A stretch of 64,000 bases of DNA from Macrostomum lignano (taxonomy: Eukaryota). Of this stretch, positions 24,291 through 37,502 are shown one piece after another. A model generated the notes under the pieces. That model saw only the letters and a program-made list of their open reading frames with translations. It was not told the DNA's origin and searched no databases. The stretch lies in the NCBI GenBank assembly GCA_002269645.1, contig NIVC01000029.1, positions 1,116,001-1,180,000 of the forward strand, read 5' to 3'. A program made the translations under genes and the position numbers. How positions within the stretch are numbered: the first letter of the stretch is position 1; every line of letters begins with the position of its first letter.

Positions 24291-27200
24291 ATGCGAAGCG
24301 TCTCCTCGCTGGCCGCCGCAACTCGGACGCAGGCCCGCTGTCGGACTAGAAACGCAGCCGCTGCTGCCGCCGCCGCCGCTGCCGCTGCCGCAGCCGCCAC
24401 TTCAACAGCCGACTCGGCAGCTCCAACTAAAGAGAGTTCGCTGGACAAAATTCTCTTCGAGACGGCTAAAGAATCTGCTGAAGCTGCAATTGAAGAGGAG
24501 AAAGCCGAGCAGAATGCCGACAACAGAGAGGAAGAGCAGTCGAGTCAGGTGGCTGCGTCTTCGGTGCTGGATCTCAGCCGCTCCGGCGCTGACGTCGACG
24601 AAGCAACGCGTCAGAGAAAACGACGCTGCTCAGATCGAGACGACGATAAAAATGAGACTGAGGAGGCCGAAGGCGCGAATGTTACGGTGAGTTTCGTCTG
24701 ACCCGATTTGAGCACCAGTGACACCCTGACCCGATTTGAGCATCCCGTGACACCCTGACCCGATTTGACCACTCCGAGACAGCCTGACCCGATTTGAGCA
24801 CTCCGTGACACCCTGACCCGTGGGAGAACCCCCGTTACACCCTGACCCGATTTGAGCACTCCGTGACACCCTGACCCGATTTGACCACTTCGTGACACCC
24901 TGACCCGATTTGACCACTCCGAGACACCCTGACCCGATTTGACCACTCCGAGACACCCTGACCCGATTTGACCACCCCGTGACATCCTGACCCGATTTGG
25001 CACAATTAGGAGCGTTTTAATGCCTTTTGAATTTTACGTACAGTGGGTAATTTCTTCGTGGCTCTTCGTAATCTTCCCAACGCAATTTTCGTCTCAATTT
25101 CCAGTCGTCAAACGGCGCAGCCGAGAGCAAGAACTCCCAGCCAGCAGTTAAGGAAGAAGATCCCGAAGAGGGAGAAGAAGAAGAGGAGGAAGAAGAAGAG
25201 GAGGACGATGTCGAGGAGGAGCCGCGCGGTAGCGTTGAAAGCGCTTCGGTCTTGGACGACGAGCGAGTGAAAGCGTTCAATGTGAGTCCAACAGATGCTT
25301 GCGATTACAGACACCTGTGACTTGACTAAGTTCACAGAACACTTTTCAAGTTACAGAACACCATCCCAAGTCACAGAACACCATCCAAGTCACAGGGCAC
25401 CATCCAAGTCACAGAACACCATCCAAGTCACAGAACACCATTCAAGTCACAGAACACCATCCAAGTCACAGAACACCATCCAATTCACGGAACACCATCC
25501 AAGTCACAGAATATCATCCAAGTCACAGAACACCATCCAAGTCACAGAACACCATCCAAGTCGCAGAACACCATCCAATTCACGGAACATCATCCAAGTC
25601 ACAGAATATCATCCAAGTCACAGAACACCATCCAAGTCACAGAACACCATCCAAGTCGCAGAACACCATCCAATTCACGGAACACCATCCAAGTCACAGA
25701 ATATCATCCAAGTCACAGAACACCATCCAAGTCACAGAACACCATCCAATTCACGGAACACCATCCAAGTCACAGAACACCATCCAAGTCACAGAACACC
25801 ATTCAAGTCACAGAACACCATCCAAGTCACAGAACACCATCCAATTCACGGAACACCATCCAAGTCACAGAATATCATCCAAGTCACAGAACACCATCCA
25901 AGTCACAGAACACCATCCAAGTCGCAGAACACCATCCAATTCACGGAACACCATCCAAGTCACAGAATATCATCCAAATCACAGAACACCATCCAAGTCA
26001 CAGAACACCATCCAAGTTACAGAACAACATCCAATTCACGGAACACCATCCAAGTCTCAATATCATCCAAGTGTTCCTATTTTTACTCTCACACTGCAGC
26101 TATTCGTCAGATTTTTCGTCGACGAGAACATGGACCGAATGGTCCCAATTTCCAAGCAGCCCAAGGACAAGCTCAACGGCATACTGGACGCGTGTGAGAG
26201 ACAATTCCCCGAGCTGTTCGATCGGGCCAGGAAACGGGTTCGCACCTACTTAAAAGCGTGCCGACGAAACGGCAGGAAACACGGCGGACTTCCGGCAGAG
26301 AGCACAGTCAAGCCGGTAGGAATTATGCTAGTTATTTTGCTGGCAGGGGCGAGTAACAGGATCAGATAGACTACCCTTGGCGCACCTAGGATCAGATAGC
26401 CTACCCTTGGCACACGCTTTCCCAAACAAAATGGGGTCCGCAGAGCGACACCTGCCGTCTGATCGAGGGTGGAGAAAATTGCGCCAATTTACGTTGCTTT
26501 TTCGGCTTTTTTCAGCGAGCAATTTTCGGCTTTATATTTTTTTCATTTGGAAGCAAATTTTTGCCTAAAAGGAGGTGCTGATCATTGGCCACATCTGCAG
26601 CTGCGAAAATGCTTTATTTTCTTATGTAAAGGAAAACAGGAAATGCCTGAACCCCTGTGAGGTCCGCTAATCTCAGCTGAGCCTCTCTAGAGGGGCCGCT
26701 TGCCGAATCCTAGATGGGGGGTGTCGCCTTGCTCAAAAGCCTTCTTTCCCAGCCTCCTGACGCTCGCCACCTTATATAGGGAGTGATTGAGCAATGATTC
26801 GGGCTTATAAAATCACCTGCTCATTATGTTGAAAGTATGGAACTGTATTAGAAGAAATTACATCTGTGAGAGGGTGTTTCGGGAGTTAGGGTTCTGTGAG
26901 ATGTTGCTTTTCTTTGGATGGTGGATGGTTATCACTAGGTACAGGTAGCTTTGAGATTGGATAGTGGATGGTTATCACTAGGTACAGGTAGCTTTGAGAT
27001 TGGATAGTGGATGGTTATCACTCAGGTACAGGTAGCTTTGAGATTGGATAGTGGATGGTTATCACTCAGGTACAGGTAGCTTTGAGATTGGATAGTGGAT
27101 GGTTATCACTAGGTACAGGTAGCTTTGAGATTGGATAGTGGATGGTTATCACTCAGGTACAGGTAGCTTTGAGATTGGATAGTGGATGGTTATCACTAGG

Positions 27201-30200
27201 TACAGGTAGCTATGAGATTGGATAGTGGATGGTTATCACTCAGGTACAGGTAGCTTTGAGATTGGATAGTGGATGGTTATCACTCAGGTACAGGTAGCTT
27301 TGAGATTGGATAGTGGATGGTTATCACTCAGGTACAGGTAGCTTTGAGATTGGATAGTGGATGGTTATCACTAGGTACAGGTAGCTTTGAGATTGGATAG
27401 TGGATGGTTATCACTAGGTACAGGTAGCTTTGAGATTGGATAGTGGATGGTTATCACTAGGTACAGGTAGCTATGAGATTGGATAGTGGATGGTTATCAC
27501 TAGGTACAGGTAGCTATGAGATTGGATAGTGGATGGTTATCACTAGGTACAGGTAGCTATGAGATGGGTGTTGAAGAATCTCACTCAGATACGGGTAGCT
27601 ATGAGATGGGTGTTGAAGAATCTCACTGAGGTACAGGTAGCCATGAGATGGGTGTGGAATAAACTCACTCAGGTACAGGTAGCCATGAGATGGGTGTTGA
27701 AGAAACTCACTCAGGTACAGGTAGCTATGAGATGGGTGTTGAAGAAACTCACTCAGGTACAGGTAGCTATGAGATGGGTGTTGAAGAATCTCACTCAGGT
27801 ACAGGTAGCTTTGAGATGGGTGTTGAAGAAACTCACTCAGGTACAGGTAGCTATGAGATTGGATAGTGGATGGTTATCACTAGGTACAGGTAGCTTTGAG
27901 ATTGGATAGTGGATGGTTATCACTCAGGTACAGGTAGCTTTGAGATTGGATAGTGGATGGTTATCACTAGGTACAGGTAGCTATGAGATTGGATAGTGGA
28001 TGGTTATCACTCAGGTACAGGTAGCTTTGAGATTGGATAGTGGATGGTTATCACTCAGGTACAGGTAGCTTTGAGATTGGATAGTGGATGGTTATCACTA
28101 GGTACAGGTAGCTTTGAGATTGGATAGTGGATGGTTATCACTAGGTACAGGTAGCTTTGAGATTGGATAGTGGATGGTTATCACTAGGTACAGGTAGCTA
28201 TGAGATTGGATAGTGGATGGTTATCACTAGGTACAGGTAGCTATGAGATTGGATAGTGGATGGTTATCACTAGGTACAGGTAGCTATGAGATTGGATAGT
28301 GGATGGTTATCACTAGGTACAGGTAGCTATGAGATGGGTGTTGAAGAATCTCACTCAGATACGGGTAGCTATGAGATGGGTGTTGAAGAATCTCACTGAG
28401 GTACAGGTAGCCATGAGATGGGTGTGGAATAAACTCACTCAGGTACAGGTAGCCATGAGATGGGTGTTGAAGAAACTCACTCAGGTACAGGTAGCCATGA
28501 GATGGGTGTTGAAGAAACTCACTCAGGTACAGGTAGCTATGAGATGGGTGTTGAAGAATCTCACTCAGGTACAGGTAGCTTTGAGATGGGTGTTGAAGAA
28601 ACTCACTCAGGTACAGGTAGCTATGAGATGGGTGTTGAAGAATCTCACTGAGGTACAGGTAGCTTTGAGATGGGTGTTGAAGAAACTCACTCAGGTACAG
28701 GTAACTCTGCTTGCCTTCAGTACGCTGGTGAAAATAATCAAGGCTACCCATCTGCAAATCCGCAGCCGCGCACAACCCCGTCGCATCTGACCTCCGCCAC
28801 CGCCGAGGGCATACTCGAGCGGGCGCTCAGCAGCGAGCGCGAGCTGCAGGCGCGAGGCTGTGGCTCCGCGTCGAACGACTCCGGTCCGACTCCAGCCAAG
28901 CGGCAGTCTCAGTCGTCTCCATCAGCCGAGCCGCCGCAACTGTCGCCACAGCCGGCCGTGGTCAAGACCAAGCTGTTCGAGCCGCAGACGCCTCAGTCTC
29001 AACAGCCGCAGGCGCAGCGGGTCAGGCCTGCAGCCAAGCAGCAACTGCAGCAGCAGCAGCAGCAACAGAAGCCAGGTGCTCAACCACAAACCGCAGCCAT
29101 TCCTCATCAGGCCGTTCTCGCTGCTCAGCTGAGCCAAACGACCGGCGCCACTCTGTCGTCCGTCTCCAACGGACAGCAGCAGCAGGCGGCAGCAGCCGTA
29201 GCCGCCGCAGCAGCCGCCGCCCAGTTTCCTCTGGCGACATCAGCCAGCGGGCCTCCGTTCGCCTTTCCTCCCGGCCTCGCCGCCGCCCTGGCCTCGCCAT
29301 TCCTGCCGCTGAGGTGCTTCGCTCCGCAGGTGCTGCGACCGGCTCAATCGGCGCAACCTCCGCTGCCGCAGGCGCTGCCGCCGCCGCAGCTGGTCCCGCA
29401 GACGGCGGCTTCGATCCCCAATGTTGCCACCGCCGCTGCTGCCGCTGCCGCCGCCTCTGCAAGCACCGCCAACTCTCGTGGCGAGAGACCTGCCGAGCTT
29501 GACTGGCAGTCGTTCGAAGCTCTGTTCAGGGCGCAGATGGGGCACCAGATTGCTGAGGACAAGGATGGCGCTGTGAGTGTCCGAATAGTTCTGACATCCA
29601 TGCTCTAGCTTCATTGTTCAATATCACAATGTGTCTAACATGTCACTGGTGTGTCTAACATGCCATTGGCGTGTCTAACATGTCACTGGTGTGTCTAACA
29701 TGCCATTGGCGTGTCTAACATGCTATTGGCATGTCTAACATGTCACTGGCGTGTCTAACATGCCATTGGCGTGTCTAACATGTCACTGGTGTGTCTAACA
29801 TGCCATTGGCGTGTCTAACATGTCACTGGCGTGTCTAACATGTCGCTGGCGTGTCTAACATGCCATTCGCGTGTCTAACATGCCATTGGTGTGTCTAACA
29901 TGCCATTGGTGTGTCTAACATGTCACTGGTGTGTCTAACATGTTACTGGTGTGTCTAACATGTCACTGGTGTGTCTAACATGTAGCTAGTCTCGGTAACT
30001 AAAATGACTTTAAGTTTCTGTCTAACAACTATCTTTTCCTGTACAGTAGTCGAGCAGGAAAACTCTCATATCTAACAGGAAAATATAATATCTAACAGGT
30101 AGAATATCATATCTAACAGGTAGGATATCTTATCTAACAGGTAGGATATCTTATCTAACAGGTAGGATATCTTATCTAACAGGTAGGATATCTTATCTAA

Positions 30201-30521
30201 CAGGTAGGATATCTTATCTAACAGGTAGGATATCATATCTAACAGGTAGGATATCTTATCTAGCAGGTAGGATATCTTATCTAACAGGTAGGATATCTTA
30301 TCTAACAGGTAGGATATCTTATCTAACAGGTAAACACCCATTTCTAACACGTAAAATCTGATGTCTAGGAGTAACAGGCATCCCCAATTCTAATTAATTA
30401 CCAAACGCTACCCAAAAAACCGCCTCAACTTCGCAGCTTCGTCGAATGTCACGCAGCTTGCGAGAGGCGGCTACATTTCTCAACAAAACTGCCGACTTCA
30501 TTGAGATGAGTAGCGGCGGCA

Positions 30522-30570
<49 letters not shown>

Positions 30571-30592
30571 TGGACTTAACGGCAAAGCCTGA
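24291..30592 (+). CDS. NOL4: Nucleolar protein 4 / NOL4L homologue; exons 24291-24686, 25105-25281, 26100-26315, 28721-29572, 30437-30592 (598 aa if ATG 24291 is the start)
   Basis: The spliced ERVKAFN|[56 protein letters not shown] matches the NOL4 family core as I recall it ([47 protein letters not shown]). The last exon [20 protein letters not shown] matches the C-terminal RESAAFLLRSAD motif. All introns are phase 0. An acceptor at 24270 allows further upstream exons. Confidence 0.9.
24698..24998. repeat. ~30-bp minisatellite (acaccctgacccgatttgagcactccgtg)
   Basis: Fills NOL4 intron 1. Confidence 0.93.
25330..26070. repeat. ~19-bp minisatellite (cacagaacaccatccaagt)
   Basis: Fills NOL4 intron 2. 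Confidence 0.96.
26918..28701. repeat. Composite 44-46-bp minisatellite (X-Y-X-Y blocks) with a 770-bp internal duplication
   Basis: X = ggtacaggtagctttgagattggatagtggatggttatcact(c)a and Y = ggtacaggtagctatgagatgggtgttgaagaaactcactca. Rare variants recur at a 770-bp offset (ORFs 27559 and 28329 start identically). Confidence 0.95.
29630..29982. repeat. 20-bp tandem repeat (gtgtctaacatgccattggc-like)
   Basis: In NOL4 intron 4. Confidence 0.95.
30066..30335. repeat. 21-bp tandem repeat (atctaacaggtaggatatctt)
   Basis: About 13 copies in NOL4 intron 4. Confidence 0.95.
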
Positions 30593-30799
30593 AGGCCCTG
30601 ACTTAAAGTTGAACGCCTCAATTTTACTCGCTTTTGTTGTTTGCTGCAGTTGCTGTTTGCTGCAGTTGCCGTTGGCGCAAAAATGGCCATGCGAGTGTAA
30701 AATTTCTGTCAGCTTACTAATAGTAGTCTCCGTTATCTGCCCGCTAGTGAAATCTTTTTCTGCAATAAAAAGTCACTGGGAATTGGAGCGGTGTTGATT

Positions 30800-31045
30800 G
30801 GGGTAAGTCACCGGTTAGACAGGGTAAGTCACCGGTTAGACAGGGGTAAGTCACCGGTTATACAGGGGTAAGTCACCTGTCAGACTGGGGTAAGTCACCT
30901 GTTAGACTGGGGTAAGTCACCGGTTAGACAGGGGTAAGTCACCGGTTAGACAGGGGTAAGTCACCGGTTAGACAGGGGTAAGTCAACTGTTAGACAGGGG
31001 TACAGTGTAAGTCACCGGTTAGACAGGGATAAGTCATCTGTTAGA
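30800..31045. repeat. ~23-bp tandem repeat (ggggtaagtcaccggttagaca)
   Basis: About 9 copies downstream of NOL4. Confidence 0.92.
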
Positions 31046-31654
31046 TTTCAATAGAGTTATTAGTATACTTCAGCCAAGATAAGAGAAAGACAAGCTACTA
31101 CTAAATCGTATCTGCGTGCTTTAAGTAGTCTGCTAGAGATATATCCGTCGCTTTTACTCTTAGTGATGTGACGATGTCAGCTTTTCAAAATCGTTCGCCT
31201 GATATATTTTTTATCGTGATTTTTATTGGCCTAAATTTTCCAGCCTTTTTGCGCAGATGTTCGCTTTGCAAAACTAATTAATGTAACTAACACTCACTTA
31301 GAAAAAGTGACCAGCACATGTACGTGTTTTACTACTAATAAGTAGTGTGAAAGCAATTTATTAATTCAAATATTAATTTGAACTAAATAAAATTCAAGGT
31401 TTTTTCGATTTTACAGAATATTATTTAGGGGCCAATATTAATAAAACTGTTCCTGTTTTTCGTTTGTTTGCTGCCCTTTAGGTCGGTCTGTCTATCTTTT
31501 GTGATGTACAAAGTCGCTTTATATATTCCCTGTGTCGGTTTATTGTTTGTAAAATTAAATAAATTTCTTTTTTAATCTTAATTTAACCTTTGTTGACTTT
31601 TTAATATTTTAATTCTAACTTAAATAAGGGAACAAGGTCCTTTGAAAAGATGCT

Positions 31655-31876
31655 TACCTGTTAGATAAGGTAGATGTTTACCTGTTAAACAAGGTAGATG
31701 TTTACCTGTTAGACAAGGTAGATGTTTACCTGTTAGACAAGGTAGATGTTTACCTGTTAAACAAGGTAGATGTTTACCTGTTAGACAAGGTAGATGTTTA
31801 CCTGTTAGACAAGGTAGATGTTTACCTGTTAGACAAGATAGATTTTAACCTGTTAGACAAGGTAGATGTTTACTTG
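31655..31876. repeat. 24-bp tandem repeat (acctgttagacaaggtagatgttt)
   Basis: About 9 copies. Confidence 0.93.
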
Positions 31877-32269
31877 TAAGAAAGAAATTATAACAAAGCT
31901 ATAACTTCAGGGACATCTAAATTTATCACCTATTTTCTTGACAATCGGTCTGTAATGGGCCATCAAATTGATATTTTCGCTGCCTGGATTTTCCATATTC
32001 AAGGCCAAATATGCCAGGGATCCAGTTCGATACAGGCAAGGAGATTCATTCGACATTTTTCTATTTCATTTTGATACCGCTCGTGTCATGATCGTCATTG
32101 CGCCTTGTTGACTATCGGTTATAAAGTTGCCGAACAACCCCTACCCCCAACAACAGCCAGCCAGGGACTTTTATAGAATCTGCGTTGCTGGATTGGAAAC
32201 CAAAAGCAGCTTCAAAAATTGTTTAATAACTTTAGAAACTATACAAATATTCAAGTCTACCAAGGGGCG

Positions 32270-32646
32270 CCAGCACCTAGGGGCGCCAGCACCAAGGGGC
32301 GCCAGCACCAAGGGGCGCCAGCACCAAGGGGCGCCAGCACCAAGGGGCGCCAGCACCAAGGGGCGCCAGCACCAAGGGGCGCCAGCACCAAGGGGCGCCA
32401 GCACCAAGGGGCGCCAGCACCAAGGGGCGCCAGCACCAAGGGGCGCCAGCACCAAGGGGTGCCAGCACCAAGGGGCGCCAGCACCAAGGGGCGCCAGCAC
32501 CAAGGGGCGCCAGCACCAAGGGGCGCCAGCACCAAGGGGCGCCAGCACCAAGGGGCGCCAGCACCAAGGGGCGCCAGCACCAAGGGGCGCCAGCACCAAG
32601 GGGCGCCAGCACCAAGGGGCGCCAGCACCAAGGGGCGCCAGCACCA
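32270..32646. repeat. 16-bp tandem repeat (ggggcgccagcaccaa)
   Basis: About 23 near-perfect copies. Confidence 0.97.
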
Positions 32647-33077
32647 TTCCACGCCCTACAGTCCACCCATGCCATTAATAGGAGTCCCTGAAGCAGCCCA
32701 TTGCAGACGGAGAATTCCTTCTCTCATTTGCAATAAAAGCTGTATTGGCGATACACCTTCCTGGCATCTTATTGACGCAGTTTAACTGCCAATGACAGTT
32801 TAAAAGCATCGCGGTGCTGATTTTTTATGACTTTCATTCCGCCAATATGGCTCTGCAGTTGCAATCAATTTGGCGTTTGGCATCCCTCCGCATGCGGGAC
32901 CCAGATTTCTGACACAGACCGTTAGCAGGTTTTAAAACAGACAGACAGGTAAATGTGCCTAATGGTGGTGTTGCTATTTAACAATAATTACATCTGCTTG
33001 TTTAAATCTACAATATTGTTACATAGCGGCTTATCAAAGCAACAAGTAACGAAACTTTAATGACTATCAGATTTCTC

Positions 33078-34375
33078 TTTCATCCTGCCATTCACTCATT
33101 CATTCACTCTCTCACTCACTCTCTCATTCACTCCCTAATTCACTCTCTCATTCACTCTCTCATTCACTCTCTCATTCACTCTCTCATTCACTCTCTCATT
33201 AACTCTCTCATTCCCTCTCTTATTCACTCTCTCATTCACTCTCTCATTCACTCTCTCATTCACTCTCTCATTCACTCTCTCATTCACCCTCTCATTCACT
33301 CTCTCATTCACTCTCTCATTCACTCTCTCATTCACTCTCTCATTCACTCTCTCATTCACTCTCTCATTCACTCTCTCATTCACTCTCTCATTCACTCTCT
33401 CATTCACTCTCTCATTCACTCTCTTATTCACTCTCTCATTCACTCTCTCATTCACTCTCTCATTCACTCTCTCATTCACTCTCTCATTCACTCTCTCATT
33501 CACTCTCTCATTCACTCTCTTATTCACTCTCTCATTCACTCTCTCATTCACTCTCTCATTCACTCTCTCATTCACTCTCTCATTCACTCTCTTATTCACT
33601 CTCTCATTCACTCTCTCATTCGCTCTGCCATTCACTCTCTCATTCACTCTCTCATTCACTCTCTCATTCACTCTCTCATTCACTCTCTCATTCACTCTCT
33701 TATTCACTCTCTCATTCACTCTCTCATTCACTCTCTCATTCACTCTCTCATTCACTCTCTCATTCACTCTCTCATTCACTCTCTCATTCCCTCTCTTATT
33801 CACTCTGTCATCCACTCTGCCATTCACTCTCTTATTCACTCTGTCATCCACTCTGCCATTCACTCTCTCATTCACTCTCTCATTCACTCTCTCATTCACT
33901 CTCTCATTCACTCTCTTATTCACTCTCTCATTCACTCTCTCATTCACTCTCTCATTCACTCTCTCATTCACTCTCTCATTCACTCTCTCATTCACTCTCT
34001 CATTCACTCTCTCATTCCCTCTCTTATTCACTCTCTTATTCACTCTCTCATTCACTCTCTCATCATCACTCTCTCATTCACTCTCTCATTCACTCTCTCA
34101 TTCCCTCTCTTATTCACTCTCTCATTCGCTCTGCCATTCACTCTCTCATTCACTCTCTCATTCACTCTCTCATTCACTCTCTCATTCCCTCTCTCATTCA
34201 CTCTCTCATTCACTCTCTCATTCACTCTCTCATTCACTCTCTCATTCACTCTCTCACTCACTCTCTCATTCACTCCCTAATTCACTCTCTCATTCACTCT
34301 CTCATTCACTCTCTCCTCATTCACTCTCTCATTCACTCTCTCATTCACTCTCTTATTCACTCTGTCATTCACTCT
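33078..34375. repeat. 12-bp minisatellite (ttcactctctca)
   Basis: About 105 copies; same family as 38935-39960. Confidence 0.98.
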
Positions 34376-35639
34376 CATTAACGTATTCTCTCTTTCATTA
34401 ATATTTTGATCACAAACACATTCAGTATCGATCCTCTATAGAGTCTGCTATTTTGATCATCATCAAAATTGACGCCGTTTCACACTTGACAACTTTAAAT
34501 GGCTGCATATGAATTGCCAATCATTCATATCTCGATCTAAATGTTACAAAACAAAGCTCTATATTGGTCTTAATTCTTAATTTGCATTACAATAGACACA
34601 GTGCGCGCACAGAAAGCTGTGTGCGCAAACTCCAAGACAGATGGCTGTTCATAGAGTTTTGTAAGCTCAACTCATCTCTTGATCGGGTGCTCGATATATT
34701 AAGATATTGCCAAACAAACAAATCAACAATTGAAACAGCTTGCCTCCTGTCCCATAGGATGCTGGATGATGGCGAATGCCCCCCCCCCCCTATACAGACA
34801 GTTTATTAATTGTATCAATAGTCACTCAACCGGTGTATGATATCGCATGTATACATTGTCATGGCAACGTAAAGTTTAACTCAGTTCGATTCTATTTGCA
34901 TAAAATTAAATTTTTGTTTATCTTGAATTGGGTGTGCATCCTACCACCTTGTTCACATCCTTCATCATTCTGTCCTGCCCTCACAACTTATCGTCTTAAC
35001 AGTTCCCTCATCAACCTTATCCACCATTCATCTTCCAATTCATGCTCCCTTCATCCTCCCTTTATGCTCCCTTCATCCTCCCTTCATACCCCTTTCATCC
35101 TCCCTTTATCCTACCTTCATCTTCCCTTCATGATCCCTTCATCCTCCTTTCATGCTCCCTTCATGCTCCCTTCATCATTGCTTCTTCCTCCCTTCATCAT
35201 CCTTCATGCTCCCTTCATGCTCCCTTCAATCCTCACTTCAACGGTGCCCATCCTTCACGCTGCTTCATCTGCACCCTATCTATCATACCTGGTCAATATG
35301 TAAATCGTAAAATAATGGACTCGAGTTTATTTTGACACTTATACATTAAATCGACAAATTTTCAACTTGGCGCATATGATAATTAATTAATTCAATCTAA
35401 GAATTTATTTCACTATCGGTTATATTAGCATTCCTGAGACTTCCAGCTGTTACAAACTTGAAGTGTGTCAATCGAGTTGAAATCTCCCACTGAGCCGGGT
35501 TGGCGTGCCTGCCCTGTTCTGTCAACTCGAAGACGCTGGAGGCCCATCGGCCACCGACGAAACCCGCTGTGCCAGTTGAGTTTGACACAATTGTGACATC
35601 AAGCAGCCTGTAAAGCCTAACCTAAAAGCAGAGCTCAGC

Positions 35640-35760
35640 GGGCGGGCCAAGCCTCGGTCCAGTCAAGTTCGAATCAGATTGGCCCCGTTCGAGTGTCAGC
35701 AGCCAATGAGAATCAAGTTGACGCCAAGCAACCCCACCAATCAACCCCAACCCACAACCC
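35640..35760. promoter_or_regulatory. CCAAT-box cluster, candidate promoter
   Basis: gattggc, agccaatgag and caccaatca plus a GGGCGG GC box, about 250 bp upstream of the candidate first exon at 35990. Confidence 0.4.
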
Positions 35761-35989
35761 CAAAAAGCACAGCTCCTCAACCAAGGTCATCCGAGATATA
35801 AGCTTGAAAAAATATCTATCTGAGTTTTTTAAATAATAATTCTCTGACTTGCCAACAATTTTCTAATTTGAAGTTTTACGCTTTCTTTCTGTCTTAATAT
35901 CTTAATGGCTACAGAAACTGCATCCAGTCGAACTGATTTACAGCAGAGCTTTAGTAAATTCTCTGTGAGAAGTTTACTTAATCTGCCAG

Positions 35990-37502
35990 ATGGAGCAGAC
36001 TCAACTGGAGATGTTAATCCTAAGCGATCTGGAGAGACTCGACTTGGTAAGTTCTTTTTTGAATCCTAGCTGTTTGTGATTGTCCTGTCTAAGTAGCCAC
36101 AATCTCACCTGAGACCCTTGAGTATGAGTAGCCACAATCTCACCTTAGACCCTTGAGTATGAGTATAGCCACAATCTCACCTGAGACCCTTGAGTATAAG
36201 TAGCCACAATCTCACCTGAGACCCTTGAATATAACTAGCCACAATCTCACCTGAGACCCTTGAGTATAAGTATAGCCACAATCTCACCTGAGACCCTTGA
36301 ATATAACTAGCCACAATCTCACCTGAGACCCTTGAGTATAAGTATAGCCACAATCTCACCTGAGACCCTTGAGTATGAGTATAGCCACAATCTCACCTGA
36401 GACCCTTGAGTATGAGTAGCCACAATCTCACCTGAGACCCTTGAGTATGAGTAGCCACAATCTCACCTTAGACCCTTGAGTATGAGTAGCCACAATCTCA
36501 CCTGAGACCCTTGAGTATGAGTAGCCACAATCTCACCTGAGACCCTTGAGTATGAGTAGCCACAATCTCACCTTAGACCCTTGAGTATGAGTAGCCACAA
36601 TCTCACCTGAGACCCTTGAGTATGAGTAGCCACAATCTCACCTGAGACCCTTGAGTATGAGTATAGCCACAATCTCACCTGAGACCCTTGAGTATGAGTA
36701 GCCACAATCTCACCTGAGACCCTTGAGTATGAGTAGCCACAATCTCACCTGAGACCCTTGAGTATAAGTAGCCACAATCTCACCTTAGACCCTTGAGTAT
36801 AAGTAGCCACAATCTCACCTTAGACCCTTGAGTATGAGTAGCCACAATCTCACCTTAGACCCTTGAGTATGAGTATAGCCACAATCTCACCTGAGACCCT
36901 TGAGTATAAGTAGCCACAATCTCACCTGAGACCCTTGAGTATAAGTAGCCACAATCTCACCTTAGACCCTTGAGTATGAGTATAGCCACAATCTCACCTG
37001 AGACCCTTGAGTATAAGTAGCCACAATCTCACCTGAGACCCTTGAGTATAATTAGCCACAATCTCACCTGAGACCCTTGAGTATAATTAGCCACAATCTC
37101 ACCTGGGATTCTTGAGTATAAGTATAGCCACAATCTCATATGAGATCTCTGAGTCAGTCGCTACAATCTCATATGAGATCTCTGAGTCAGTCGCTACAAT
37201 CTCATATGAGATCTCTGAGTCAGTCGCTACAATCTCATATGAGATCTCTGAGTCAGTCGCTACAATCTCATATGGAATCTCTGAGTCAGTCGCTACAATC
37301 TCATATGGAATCTCTGAGTCAGTCGCTACAATCTCATATGAGATCTCTGAGTCAGTCGCTACAATCTCATATGAGATCCCTAAGTCAGTCGCTACAATCT
37401 CTCATAGTTCTTCAATTAGGCAGTCCCAAAATTTCTCACAGTATATTCCACTTGCTCATTTCACAACGCCTCTAATGCCCTCAAGCCTCAAATCTTCTCA
37501 AT
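35990..37502 (+). CDS. Candidate 5' exons of the NK2 gene: 35990-36046 (MEQTQLEMLILSDLERLDL) and 37424-37502
   Basis: An ATG exon with a strong donor (TTG|GTAAGT). The second exon is phase 0 to 1 and joins exon 40071 in frame, giving 819 nt (273 codons) in total. The donor at 37503 is weak (GTGTGT). Confidence 0.35.
36092..37400. repeat. 32-35-bp minisatellite (gtagccacaatctcacctgagacccttgagtatga) grading into a 33-bp variant
   Basis: Directly visible. Confidence 0.95.

Noticed and set aside
31900-35600. Possible small genes (for example minus ORF 35397-35588 and fragments near 32100 and 32700-32930)
   Set aside because: No coherent spliced model or motif could be built.
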